The notes beneath the pieces were generated by a model. The model saw nothing but the letters and a program-made list of their open reading frames with translations, did no database searches and was not told where the DNA came from. The position numbers and the translations under genes were made by a program. DNA of 54,251 nt, filler included, from Jimgerdemannia flammicorona (Eukaryota): the NCBI GenBank assembly GCA_003990765.1. It is 3 parts of 3 records of this genome, joined end to end, with 100 filler letters (N's around TTAATTAATTAA, not from the genome) between each part and the next. Parts side by side here need not be neighbours in the genome. Positions count along the whole stretch, not along the records: positions 18,119 to 36,136 come from RBNJ01002327.1; 2 more parts are not named here. One strand, written 5' to 3'. Every line of letters starts with the position of its first letter. The first letter of the stretch is position 1. This document shows, in pieces, positions 24,125 through 36,236 of the stretch.

Positions 24125-25874
24125 CATCTGAATGAGATGTATCCTGCCTTCTTGCAGATGAAACACAATCCCTTTTTATGGAGTTGCCTCTTTTCATCCT
24201 CAGTGGGAGGTCTGGGTCCTCTGTGGTTTTGCTAGTTCCTTTGATCATTCTGTTGATCATATCTTTGATCATTTCTCCTGGTGGGGTTTCTCCTATCTTG
24301 GTTATCCTTCTTGTGTTCTTGGTTCCATAGAGCTTATACAGCAAGAATTTCGTGGGCTCTTCTTTATACTTGGGCAAAGCACCATGAGTAGTAGGGACAT
24401 CCTTGGGGAAGACCTTGTTCCTTGATCTTCTGGGTGAGCCAGTCTGGTAGGGCTGTAAAGAGATGGTTGGCTCTGGTACCATTGATGGCCAAATTGTTTT
24501 CCTAATAGGTAAGTCCCACAGTTTTGAGATAGGAATCCATTCTGGTGGCAAAGATCTCTAGATTCTCTTCGCCATTCTTATGGAACTTCATCTGGGACAG
24601 TTTGTTCCATGTTTCTTGTATGTAGGCCATATTTCGGAATTTGGTCAGTGCAAGACCTTGAGTTCTGGGCCTGCTTCATAGTCATTCCAACCTGGTCTAT
24701 TATTGCCAGGTACTTGTCCATTGACTTGAGGGTAGGCTTCCCAGGTTACTGGGTGTTGTTCCAAGGTTCGCCAGAATTTGGCTGCAGTTCCAGTGAAGAA
24801 TGTGGCTACTGTTTCTACTTGTGCTACTGATATGGCAAACAGCTGTTGAAGGGTGCTGTTCTGATTATTGGTGAGCATTCCTATAGGTACTCGATTGTCA
24901 TTCCATTGGTTTGCTTGGTAGCCTGTATCAACTACATTGATGAAGTTTTCAATATCACTGTTTTTTCCACTAAATGTTGGGATTCGCAAAGTCTTGGTTG
25001 GTTTGTTCTGTTCAGCAATCTGTCCTACTATCCCTGCTAGTGCTGCTAGCTGGGTAGTCAGTGCTGCAATGTTGACATCTACTATTGTGCTGACTATTGG
25101 TGGTGGGCCTGTTGGGGTAGATTCTCCTGAAGATTATTCTGCTTGGTGGGGTTGTGGTGCTGTATAACTTGGAGTTACTTGGTTCCTAGATATTAAGTCA
25201 AAGAGTCCTGTGAGAGAGGGTAAATCAAACCTCTATATAGGTGGCTGGGTTGGTTCTGGGGTCTGATCTTCTTGACCTGTGGTTCCTTGGTAAATACCTA
25301 GGCCTGCTGTTCCTTGTTGGCTATCGTCAGACTGGTAACCTGTAGAGTCTTTGTCTGATTCTCTTCTCTGATGAGATAGTGCATTCTCATACTGACTAGG
25401 TCCTTCAAAGAGGATATAAGTCTCTGACTAGGTTGATGGGCCTGCTCCTTGTTCAGCAGTAGGGGATGGATAGCCTGTTTGCTCGTTCTTGTACCTAGTT
25501 ATGGCAGAGGCATAGTATATAACTAGCCTGTAGTAGAGGGAGGTCTTGGTTGGTATATGATGATACCTATCAGAGGCAATCCTCTCAGCAGCTGCTTCTC
25601 TTGCAGCAGGGGGTATAATATAATCTAAAAAATCCTAGGTGGCTGCAGCAGTAGATTCTGGGGTCCTAGTGGTTCCAATGTGTCCTCAGAGGAGTTCATA
25701 GAACCTATGGTGGCTAACAATATTCCTAACTCCTGAGTGATATGTCCTAAAGGCCTGGTATAGATCCTTGTAAGCCTGGTTAATTACAAGCTGGTGGGTT
25801 CTTGGGTCTGTGGTTTCCTGGTACCACCTGGTCCTAATGGCAAGGACTTCTCTGGCTCTGGTTTGAGGATCCAC
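24125..25874 (-). pseudogene. E3 gag with a long N-terminal extension
   Basis: RIPTFSGKNSDIENFINVVDTGYQANQW; knuckle CFICKKAGYISFRC at ~24125-24170; upstream coding-like sequence from ORF 25686-25874. Confidence 0.75.
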
Positions 25875-25960
25875 AGTTATTTCTGGGGCTTACTCCTGTC
25901 CAAGATTGGTCTTGTTCCAACTTCAGGAGTGTGTTCTTTGGTGCCTTCTTGGCTGGTAAT

Positions 25961-25972
25961 CTGCTGCTACCA
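25961..25972 (-). promoter_or_regulatory. E3 primer-binding site TGGTAGCAGCAG
   Basis: Lies 3 nt inside the 5' LTR end. Confidence 0.75.
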
Positions 25973-25975
25973 AGT

Positions 25976-26755
25976 TGTAATAACTCTCACTTCTACCCCT
26001 CTCTTATCCTTAGGATAATTAGGGAAGTGGACTATTACTTAGGGACTTAGTATACAATGTATACCAAGAAGCCTTCAGTTTGAGGAAGTGCTCACTTAAA
26101 GTAGTTGTAGCAGCAGTGCCTTATCTTTCAAAGGTCTTTCTCTTGTGCCCTATTTCGAGGGTCTTGTTCTTTGGTGTGCACAGACTGAATTTGTCTTAGA
26201 ATTCAGGTTCAACTGGTTTACTTAAGTCTTTGGGGATTTATATACTGGTCTCAGTTCTGGTAGAAGTTAGCTAGGCTTCTGGAGTTTAGTCAGAAACACT
26301 AGAGTCACTTAGATGTCATTACTAAGACTCATGGGAATGTGGGTGTGTGGGGGGGACTTGATTCTTATATGAAGGACTGAACTAAAACTGCTTTATTTCA
26401 GATGGAAAATTGGGGGGTATTTATACAAGTTGGTCCATGATTTTTGACTAAGTATGAGTAACTAATTTGGTACCTATAATGAGGTTTGTGATCACAACCT
26501 TTGTTAGGTGGTTTTTGGTAAAGAATATCTTTGTGATCAGGACCTCAATTACTAGGCAATGATCAGTAGCTATGGCAACTGTTGCTGCAGCACCGGTTGT
26601 CAGGGATAAGCTGGATATCATTTTCCACCTCATTTCGCATTATTCATCCATTCATTATTCATATGCTGCACTCAATCATATGATGACGTCATCACTGGGT
26701 CATGTGATCGTTCATCTCATTGCATCCCATCTGTTCGCTCATTTGTTCTATTACA
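25976..26755 (-). repeat. E3 5' LTR (780 bp)
   Basis: TGTAA...TTACA ends. Minus-strand TATAAATACCCC at ~26414-26425. Palindrome TGATGACGTCATCA at 26681-26694. Confidence 0.92.
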
Positions 26756-29700
26756 TCAGGAGTGACTTGAGTTTTGTACAGAAGGTTTCGAATTCTTCTT
26801 TACCATGTATATCAAATTTGAGGTTGTGGAGCTTTACTCGAGATTCAGCAATCATGGTTTCGCTGTAGTATTGGGCAATCATGAGTTGTTTGAGTCCAGG
26901 GGCTGCAGGATGGGCTCCATAACCTGGAGTATTGTTTGCTGCATTCTGTGCAACTACTGTAGGTCAGGTATCCCCTGTGAGTGGTTTTTCAGGAAGGGTT
27001 CACCACCATTCTTTGGCAGGTCCTTGGAAGAATGTAACAACTTGGCGGACATAGGCTCTAGTGATAGCAAAGAGTTGTTCCAGAGTGTGGTCTTGATTGT
27101 TGTCAAAACATGGTCAGCAACTTGCTCATTGGTCCATTGATTGGCTTTGAAGTTGGTGTCAACTACACTAATAAAGCTTTGGACTTCTTGTGTAGTACCA
27201 TTGAAGGTACGTAGGCTCAGACTTTTGGTAGGTCGGGTCTGTTCAGCTAAGGCAGTAATGGTTGCTACCATTATAGCTACCTGGGCTGTGAGGTCTAGAA
27301 TCTGTTGGTTCACTATGTTGTTCACTGGAGGCAGTTGGACTGCTGGTAGTGGTGTTACTGGTACTACTTGAAGAGTGTGATGGGGTTCTTTGGGTCTGTG
27401 TAAGTTGCTGGAGTAGTAGTTGTGGGTCTGGAGTGAGGGCTTGATAGATAACTGTTTGTTGCTATGTAGGTGTATTCTGTCCTGATGGAGGTACTTCTCC
27501 TTCGGTAGTATATCTGGGATCGAATTCACTGAGATACTCCTCCTCTTCTTCAGTTTGGTCCCTGTGTAATTGGGTTTGCTCAGCATCAAAGTAGACAGAA
27601 TCAGTTGTATATCTGATTTCAGACAGAATTAATTCAAAGTCAAGTTCAGGTTTGGTATTGGTTTCAGATTCAGGTAGGGCTGTAGCAGAACCTGCTTCAG
27701 GTTTGGGATCAGGTAGTTGATGAAGGGTTTCTCTAGCTTCTTCTTTAAGAATATGTGGGCCTTGCTGTTCTGGAATCAGTAATATAATGCAGTCTTGGTC
27801 CTGGTATAGTGAAAGTCAGTAGAGTTGAGCCACTTGGCTATAGAGGCTTAGGCTTCATAAGGGACTAGGGCTAGAAAGACTGCTGCTGGTTGTCCTAGGT
27901 CGCTCGGATTTGTAGAGCTAACAAAACTCTTATTGAGAATAGTAAAGAAGACTTCTATAGGACCTTCTTCATCTTGACTTGCTGGGTGTAGTGCAAGGAG
28001 CTTGGTGAATAGGGTTTCACCTATTTGCTGGTTTAACCAGAGTACTTCTTTCTTTGAATGAAGTTTGTCCCACTTGTTGTAGGTGTGGAGGTCAAATTGT
28101 CCTTATATGTCAGGTTCAATTCTCTCCAGATTGTGAGATGGTTCAGGATAAATTCCAGTTCAGAGGTTGGGCTTTATACCAACTTGTAGGAATTCTCAGA
28201 AGGGTTTGTAATGGGGTGAGAAAGCATCTTGAAGTAGAATTGGATTGTAAACTGCTACTACTAAGTTGTAAGAGGGTTGCTTTTTCGGATAATCATTATG
28301 TAGTTCTGGAAGGGTTTTCTTGAGGTTCTGGATATTCTGGAAGACTGTTTTCTTATGGTCAGGATCAATTTCTTATGGAGTATGTCCTCTATGCTTATTG
28401 ATTTCAAGATTGGGTTCACATCTTAACCAAAGTCCTTTTTTGGACTAGTTCTGGATGTTCAGGATTTTCTGTATTTCAGGAAGTTCAAGAAACTAAGACC
28501 AGCTTAGTTGAATCGGCATTTCACTGCAGACAATACCCAATTAGGAAATTTCGTAATAGAGTTTGGAGTGGGACCTAATGGGGAGCAGAATTACTTAAAT
28601 GTGGTTTGTGGATTATTAAATAGGTTTATTCACTATTCATGATATTGCTATACTAGGGGTAGTTATGTAAAGGGATATTGTAGGGAAGTGCTCAGGAGTT
28701 GTGTTTGGATTGTTCAAGTATTCAAGTCTGAGATTCTGAGGTCTGGGAGAGGGGGTATTTATACTATTGAGAGACTATCTGGACTATGCTAGATATGGAT
28801 ATAGAACAAAGTGTCTTGCTGAGTCAGAATGCAGTCATGTAGTACAAGACTAATCTAACTATACTATGACTGTTAGGCTATTTATAGGTTTAGGCACTAT
28901 CTGGGTAGTCCTTGATAATATCACCATCGATTGCATCATCTCTGATGAAGTAATTGTCTAGGAAGAGTGGTTTACGGATTACTTCTCCTTGTTCACTGAG
29001 GTAATAATACATTGGAACTTCATCTCCATTCTACAAGATGGCATCATCAGTCTCATATGCTGGGTAAGGTGTTAGTGGGCGAAGGAGGGGTGCATCATCT
29101 TCGCTTTCATTGGTTTTGCTATCTGCATACCTTCTATAGGTTATAGCACTATGAGTTGTGGGGTTGTAGTAAGCTGGTGGCTGTGGTTCATATCACACAT
29201 ACTCAGGTGGTGGAGTGGTTGATTCAATCTCAAGAGTTGTCTGGAGGTACAGATTGTGTTCTCCAGTCTCTTCATTGTAGTTGAAGTAATCGGGGGTAAA
29301 CATAGGTTGGTATTCATACCAGTGGTCATTGTCCCAATAAGTCTTGTATGCTGTTATGAATTGTTATAAGTTCATCAGCAAGATTGGTAGTGTGATCAGG
29401 GTTGGCAGAGATCCTTGGCTTGGGGTCATGTCAGTGTCAGAGAGGTCATTGTCTTCAACTTCATCTTCATTGAACCAGATTATATCATAGACATCCTTAA
29501 TGATATATCTAACTTTGGGCATTTGCAGGATGTGATCGTTGGGGTGGGGGAAGGTTCTGTCTGTGGTTTCGATGTACTTGAGGTACTTGTGGTTGAGTTC
29601 TTGTATCATGTCATCGATTTGGCTATAGGACAGGGTAGCAACCATTTCAGCTGTAGTAACTTGGAGGTGGGGAATAACAGTACTATACTCATAGAGAGTT

Positions 29701-30287
29701 CTCGATGTTTGTGGGAAATGAGCTTCTGGTGTTGAGACATCTGGGTAATATCTGTATTATGGTGGTGTTCGATCATGTCTTCCAGGAGCTGGCCAATCTG
29801 GTAGTAGCTTGAGATTTGTCCAATCTAGTGGGCCTCATTAAGCATATTCAGGGCATTCCATCAGGCTTCCATGAAGTAAAGGAGTGCTAGGCTATGGATA
29901 TTCATGAGGTGCAGAGGGGGTGTGGCTTGGTTGACAATAGCATTCCAAATGTCAGCATGGATATAGTTGTAGATCTTAGTGGTCATATTTGAGTATTGGA
30001 AGTTGTGGTTGTTGTTAGTTTTGGTTCTCTGTTTTGATGCATCTCAGTGGTTAGTATATATGCATTTGGTCCTAATTGGTAAGATTCTATTTGTATGAAT
30101 CTTATGTTCTGTGACTTCATATTGACTCAGCTTTGTGTACTGTGACTTTGGTTTGACTCAGCTTTGTGATCGAGCAGGTGATTTCCAGATTTGTTCAGAG
30201 GTCATGTGTGATTTCAGTGGTTTGTTCAGAGGGTGACATGTAATTTCAGTGGCCAAAAGAATAAAAATACACCTTTAACCAGTAACA
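26756..30287 (-). mobile_element. E4: 5' portion of a Gypsy element (long 5' LTR, PBS, leader, gag), interrupted by E3
   Basis: The LTR end at 28267 and ~680 bp match family A. Decayed PBS TAGTAGTAGCAG at 28252-28263. gag LRTFNGTTQEVQSFISVVDTNFKANQW is homologous to E3 gag. The outer LTR boundary is uncertain (candidate TG starts at 30238 or 30287). Confidence 0.8.
29364..29986 (-). pseudogene. Divergent homolog of the accessory ORF inside the putative U3 of E4
   Basis: MTTKIYNYIHADIWNAI...SYYQIGQLLED...HQKLISHK/SRTLYEYSTVIPHLQVTTAEMVATLSYSQIDDM..., with 2 stops and 1 frameshift near 29705. Motif spacing matches YEIGNLL...IPNL...LS...I. Confidence 0.65.
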
Positions 30288-30351
30288 TTCAGATGACACA
30301 AGACTCCGACAACACTTTCGACAATATTTTTGATGAAAGGCGACTAGCAAT

Positions 30352-32354
30352 ATGGAGAGCAATGACCATACAGATGCACGTACTAGGTTGGGTGGATCTA
30401 GGGCCTTCAACTGGCAGCAGGTAGGAAGGGGTTATGGCCTGGGGATGGGGGCTTTTGGAGGACTGAAGAATGGAGAAGGCTCTGGAGGGGGACCAGTGTC
30501 TGGTGGCAATAGGGGAAGATCTGGTCTCCCAAGCTTCACTGACAAGGTTAAGGAGAGTGGGTGACTGGCTGGTAATAGGGCTGGTGCTGCTGAGGGGAAA
30601 GACAAGGCGAGCCTTGGGAGAGAGGGCAGTGCTCCAGCTGGGAGTGCAGGTATAGGGGCTGGAGGTGCTGTGGCTGGGGGTGTGACTGTTGATGGGAGTG
30701 TGACAGAGAATCATGAAAAAAAAGAAGATGTAACAGCTGATGACCAGGGGGGGCAGGGGTTCCCAATGTGGAAGGGGGACCTGGTGGATGGTGTAATGGG
30801 GCTGGCAGTGACCCTATTGCTCAAGAAGTCAATCTCAGAGTTTGCAGTGATCTTGTACTTCTGGGGCTTAGCAGTGATGGCAAGGATAGTCCTGGGGTTT
30901 GTCTTGAAGCAGGTGGCTGGGGTGGCCTCGGTGAAGTTCTTAAAGGGTCTAGAGGGAGTCGAGGTGGGATTTGAGGAGGCTGGTCCACTGGATGAGGCAC
31001 TGAAGACTGGAGTCATGGTTGGAGAGGTGGTGGTCCCCATGGTGTGGTGCTTGCAATGGGACCCCAGAGTGGTGCAGCTTCTGGTGAAGGAGGTGCCCAT
31101 GGTGACCAAGGAGGAGACTATGAAGCAGGTGGAGGAGGTGATGATTGAGTATAGTGATGTGGTGGACATCGGCTTTCAAGTGTGGGAGGGGATGATGATC
31201 AGGATGAGTGACATTGATATCAGAATTCAGCTGGTGGGAAAGGAGGCCATGGGGAAGGCAAGTGACTGGCCTTCTGTGCTGATGTGAGGGGCATTCATCT
31301 GTAAGGTATCGAGGGTGAAGGGGAGTGAGGAGGAGGAGGAGGACTTGTTGGAGGTGCTGGAGGAGATGAGTGGAGCTGTGGAGAGGAGGGTGAGGGCCTG
31401 GAAGATGTATGAGAAGTTGACACATCTGGAGGTTGTGGAGGGGAAGCAAATCCACATGGACAAAGGGCAGTGGGAGCAGGCACAGGGGTGTAGGAGGCAG
31501 AGGGAGTTACTGGCGAGTATGACAGCTAAGGTGAAGAAGAAGGCAGTTGGGGCTGAGGTGTCTGGGGGCATCGAGGCCAGTGTCTGGACTAGTAATAGGG
31601 TAGGGGAGGTGGGGGTAGGCAAGGAAGGAGATGGGAAGGTGCTGAGCAAGGACCCTTTTGCGGATGGCACCCTTGAGGTCTGGGAGCTGGAATTGGACTC
31701 CACCCCCCCCCTCTGATCAGGAGGGGCCCAGCTGCAAAGAGAAGAGTGTCAGAGGATATGCTGATGATGGGGGCCCAGCGAGTGCATTTTGGGGTCCCTG
31801 ATGTGGTGAAAGGGGGACAAGTGGTGGCAGCTGGCAAGGATGAGCTGGTGGATGTCCCTGAGGAGGAGTGGGATGAGGCTGCCAGTGTGGGTGCTGATAC
31901 CACAATGTTGGATACAAGATGGCCAGGGACTCCTGGAGGGAAGGAGGTAGGAAACCTGTTATGGATGAGCAAGGTGATGGATAACCTTGCAGCTGATGCA
32001 TTGGAAGAGGTGGACCTGCAGGTTATACCTGAGGGGCCCTGGGAGAGGATTCTGCATGGTGAAGGAGTAGTGGAGGCACTGAATGGGGAGATTCTCACAA
32101 TCCTCTTAAAGGAGGAGGGATACGAGATTGATGAGGTTAGGAAGGTGGAGTTGGTGGTGGCTGCAGGTGAGCAGGCAATATACTGCTGGGCTGAGCAGCA
32201 TGGTTTGCAGCTCTGGAGGGAGGCCTGTCTGGAGTATCGAGAGGAATTTGAAGAGAGGGAAGATGAGGCGATGGTAGAACTCCTGGGAGGATTAGAGGCT
32301 TGGAAAGCTGGGGATAGGGAACTAGCTGCTGAATGTGATTTGGACTTGGTGTAG
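30352..32354 (+). pseudogene. LINE ORF1 (Gly-rich N-terminus, RRM-like core, acidic C-terminal region)
   Basis: ORFs at 30352, 30670 and 31315 share one frame. A frameshift at the C-run near 31705 leads into 31746-32354. Confidence 0.8.
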
Positions 32355-32409
32355 GAGGAGCTAAACATGGACTTGTAGAGGATGGGATCACTTTCTAACA
32401 TTATTCCTT

Positions 32410-35400
32410 ATGAACAGTACAACTAACATTTTCTCTTTGAATATGAATGGGCTGAGGGGGTCTGGATGACATAAGAACATTTTTACTTAGCTCAAGAGAT
32501 TGGAGGCTGATCTCTTTTTACAACAGGATGTGTGGTGTGAGGATGAGGAGGATCAGGTAAAGTGGACTATGGAATGGGGTGGGGCTTCTGCTTGGTTTGG
32601 AAAAGTGGCAATTCTGGTAAGGAAGGGTAGAGGTGACTTGGAGGGAATCAGGAGCTGGGGTGACCATCTGGTCTGGGGTGATTGGCAGTAGCCAGGGTGG
32701 AAGTCAGTGAGGGTTGGCTCTTGCTACTACCCTGTGGTTAGGGGTGAGAGGATTGCTTAGATTAAGGAGCTGCTGGAGGAGGGTGTTCCCTTGGCAGAAG
32801 GGGTTGATATGATTGGGGGGGACTTTAATATGGTTCGGGATCAGCATCGGGACCGCACTGATGGTGGGAGGAGTGCAGGAGGGAGAAGTGGAGGCCTGGA
32901 TGCATGGGAGGAGGTGGAGAGGTTGAGCTCCTTAGGGGATATGGGTAGAATGTGATAGGGTGACTCCAGGGTCTATACGCATTGGGGGAATGGCTTGGGT
33001 ACAAGAATTGACTGGATTCTGATGGCAGAATGCTAGGGGTCTGATGTCTGAAAGGTATTGGAGGTAGAATAGTGCCCATGGTCTGATTACTGGGGACTGT
33101 TGGGACAGGGGCAGTTTGGGGGGAGTGGAGATGGACCTGAACATTGGTGCCTCAACTCCTCCCTACTAGCTGAGAAGGGGTTGTGGGATTCTTGGGTAGA
33201 GGACATTCAGGCGAAAGTTTCACACTGGCAGTGTGAGGGTTTGTCAGTGGATATTCAGTGGATGAGATTGAAAGAGGCTGCAAGGGTCTATTGGGGAGAG
33301 GTTGGGAGTGAAGCTGGAAGAAGAAGGAGGAAGCACATGAGGTGTACTTCTAGCAGGCTGAGGAGATTGCAGATGGATTGGGCTGGCTTGCTTACTTCTG
33401 ATGGGGTGGAGGATTGGAGGTTGGCATGGATTAGATTGGAGGTTTTGGAACTGCAACAGGTGCTGAGAGAAGAGGAGGAGGTGCATATGCATGGTATGGT
33501 GGCTAGGCTACGGTGGCAGGGGCTTGAGAAGAGTGAGTGGCCTACTAGTATTTATCCCATTTGCTCCATGTAAGGAAGGTGTGACATTAGTGGGATGGAG
33601 TCCTCAATGCTGATGGGGACATGGTGCATGGCATGCAATAAATCCTAGGGGTTTTGAAAGAGAGATGTTGGGGTTTATGGAGTGAGGATGAAGAGGGTGC
33701 TGATGAGGTGGCTATTGAAGAGGCATTAGAAGAATAGAGGCTGCTGCAAGTGACTGGACTGGATGACTTGACCTTGCCGGTGCAAGATGAGGAAGTCCAT
33801 AGTATCCTTGTGGCAACTAAGACTGGAACAGCACCAGGAGAGATGGACTTCCATGGGACTTCTGGAAGAAGATGGTCAAGGTCTCTGGCATTCTGGGGGA
33901 GATGACTGCTCTCTGTGATCATGTTCTTCAGAGTGGTAAATAGGTTGGGGAGCAGGACCTTAGGCTAGTGGCTTTATTGTGCAAGGACAGGGGAGAAGAG
34001 AAGACTGAAAGAACTGGCAGCCAATCATGCTTTTGGACATAGACAGGAAGATGGTAACTAAGGTGGTTGTCGCAAGGCTGCAGAAGGTTGCCCAACAGGT
34101 ACTGGGGGAGGAGCGGCAGGGCTTTGTTGGAGGAAGGCTTATTAGAGATAGGACTGCTTGGGTGCATGGGGTCATTGAAGGGGCCCAGACTTGTGGCCTG
34201 GATGGGAGGTTGGTCTTTTTGGATCAGGAGAAGGCCTATGACTGGGTCCAGCGGGTTTGGCTGGGCAAGGTGTTGGGTTATATTGGTATTCCCCCTGGAT
34301 TTCGGGCTTCTATGGTGAATCTACTTGAGGGCAGTCAGGCAGCACTGTTGTGTAATGGTCACCATGGTCAGGCATTTACCTTGAGGAGAGGGGTTCCTCA
34401 GGGGGACCCGTTGTCCCCTATTCTTTATGCTCTCTCATTGGAACTGTTAATGGATAGGATTCACCAGAAGGTGGTCGGGCTCTCTATCTATGGCATAGTA
34501 TGGAAGGTGGGGGCCTTTGCAGATGATATGGTGGTTGGCCTTGGGTCAGTGGCAGATATCGAGGCACTTCAGGAGACAGTGGAATGGTATGAGGTTCACT
34601 CTGGGGCAAAGCTCAACTGGCATAAGTGTGAGACCATGGTGCTAGGGAATGGACTGGTGAGTGGGGACGTTATTGGAATAATTGTCCCTACTGGTGAGGT
34701 GGTATGTTATCTGGGCATCTTCCTCTCTGTATATGGTTCTGTCTTGCCATGAGTGTAGTGGGAGAGCAGGGTGGCTATTTGGGGGGAGGTCCTTCAAGGT
34801 TGGGGAGGCCACCATATCTCTCTAGCAGGGCGGGTTACAATTCTGAATACATACTGGTTTCCCAAGCTGTGGTATATGGTATATCATCTAGACTTCCCAG
34901 CTTGGGTGGTGAAGAGGCTGATAAAGGTGGCTAGAGATTGGATTTGGGCAGAGAGGAGGTCCCAGATCAGTTGGGATGCTCTTGTGATACCGGTGGATAG
35001 GGGAGGTCTTGGCCTTGTGGATTTCCCTAAGAGGTTGTACTGCTTGCAAGCCTGGTGGCTGAAGAGAGTGGCTGAACTGCAGGGAGGAGGTTGGGTACTT
35101 CTGATGCAGAAGGTGTGGGAGATGAGAACCTCCCCCCAAGGGTCCTCAGGAGATCTACTCTCTTTGGTAGGGCTCAATGGAATTTGGCAGCTGTGGTTTA
35201 AGGGCTTTTGGTGGGGAGTGGTCAATGGAGTACACTGAATTGGTCTCTGCTGGCAAAGCAATGAGGGGGAGGTAGTGTGGGGTTCTCATATGTGGCGATG
35301 GGATAGACTGCTTCTGGGAGGTGCTCCACTTGTTACTTTTGATATTGGGGATGGAGTAGAGTATCAGCAGGGTCTTGGCCAAGATCTTTGGCCAAGTGGT

Positions 35401-36066
35401 TGGCAGGTAGTCGGGATTGGTGAGGAGTGGGACTGGGCTGGTATCTGGTCTTGGAGCACTGAGGTACGGCGGTGGCTTCCCCCCAAGTTCTGGGTGGTGT
35501 AATAGCGAATGCTGTGGAGAAATGTCATACTGAATTTCCACACCAAGCATCTGGTGGATGGTGGCTGTTTTGATTGTGAGAAGTGTTACAATATAGGTCA
35601 AGTTGGGGGTTGGGTGCAGATGCTGGAACATTGGCTGGGGGAGTGTAAGGTTTTGGGGGACTTTTGGATTGAAATAGAGAATAGCCTGAGTGTGGAGCAC
35701 AGGCCAGCGGGTGAAGGGGATCACTGGGAGGACTTGAGATCTCAGCTGGTGGGGGGGGTGGGTGATAGTTGGTTTACTGTTGGGTGGGTATTAGCAGTTT
35801 GAGTGGATCTGGCAGAACATTGGCTATTTGTGTTTGAGGAGGGGTGGCAGATAAGTCTGCAGGAGAAGGTTGTAAGATGGGTGGAGCTGTTGGGGGATCT
35901 GTTGACTGGATGGTGGATAGGTTGGGGTCCCTCAGGGGGGTGGTGGCATGGTTTGATAGCAAGGATATGCGAACAGAGTGGTGGGAGGGTGGGAATTGTA
36001 TTTGATAGAGTGGTGTTTCATTGTGAAGAGGTAGTAAGGAGGGGCCTCCCTAGGGGGATTGGATAG
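32410..36066 (+). pseudogene. LINE ORF2 (APE endonuclease, RT, C-terminal CxxC...HxxxxC)
   Basis: FSLNMNGLRG, GGDFNMV, RIDWIL, WSDY, WQPIMLLDIDRKMVTKV, FLDQEKAYDWV, GVPQGDPLSPILY, FADD, SGAKLNWHKC, CFDC...LEHWLGEC. Confidence 0.92.
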
Positions 36067-36136
36067 GGGGTGGGTGTATTGTATTTATATAGGATAGATG
36101 GGTGTAATAAATGATGAGTCCAAGTGACTATAAAAA

Positions 36137-36236
36137 NNNNNNNNNNNNNNNNNNNNNNNNNNNNNNNNNNNNNNNNNNNNTTAATTAATTAANNNNNNNN
36201 NNNNNNNNNNNNNNNNNNNNNNNNNNNNNNNNNNNN
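36137..36236. other. Artificial contig spacer N44-TTAATTAATTAA-N44
   Basis: Same 100-bp structure as 18019-18118. Confidence 0.97.

Larger units (their letters stand above)
18119..26755 (-). mobile_element. E3: Ty3/Gypsy chromovirus-type element, gag-dUTPase-(Cys/His insert)-PR-RT-RH-INT-chromodomain plus 3' accessory ORF; 3' LTR cut by the contig end
   Basis: 5' LTR at 25976-26755. Partial 3' LTR at 18119-18434 matches 26440-26755. PPT at 18435-18449, PBS at 25961-25972. Inserted into the gag of E4. Confidence 0.95.
30340..36136 (+). mobile_element. Near full-length L1/Tx1-like LINE (copy C)
   Basis: ORF1, then ORF2, then a short 3' UTR with AATAAA at ~36106 and an A-tail starting at the contig end. 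Confidence 0.93.

Noticed and set aside
24100..24170. Programmed ribosomal frameshift between gag and dUTPase in E3
   Set aside because: No slippery site seen; a small deletion after the knuckle explains the frame change, and E2 is a single frame.
34771..36066. Unusually Trp-rich LINE translations as a novel domain
   Set aside because: Largely expected from G-rich codons and CGG>TGG decay in a normal ORF2 C-terminus.
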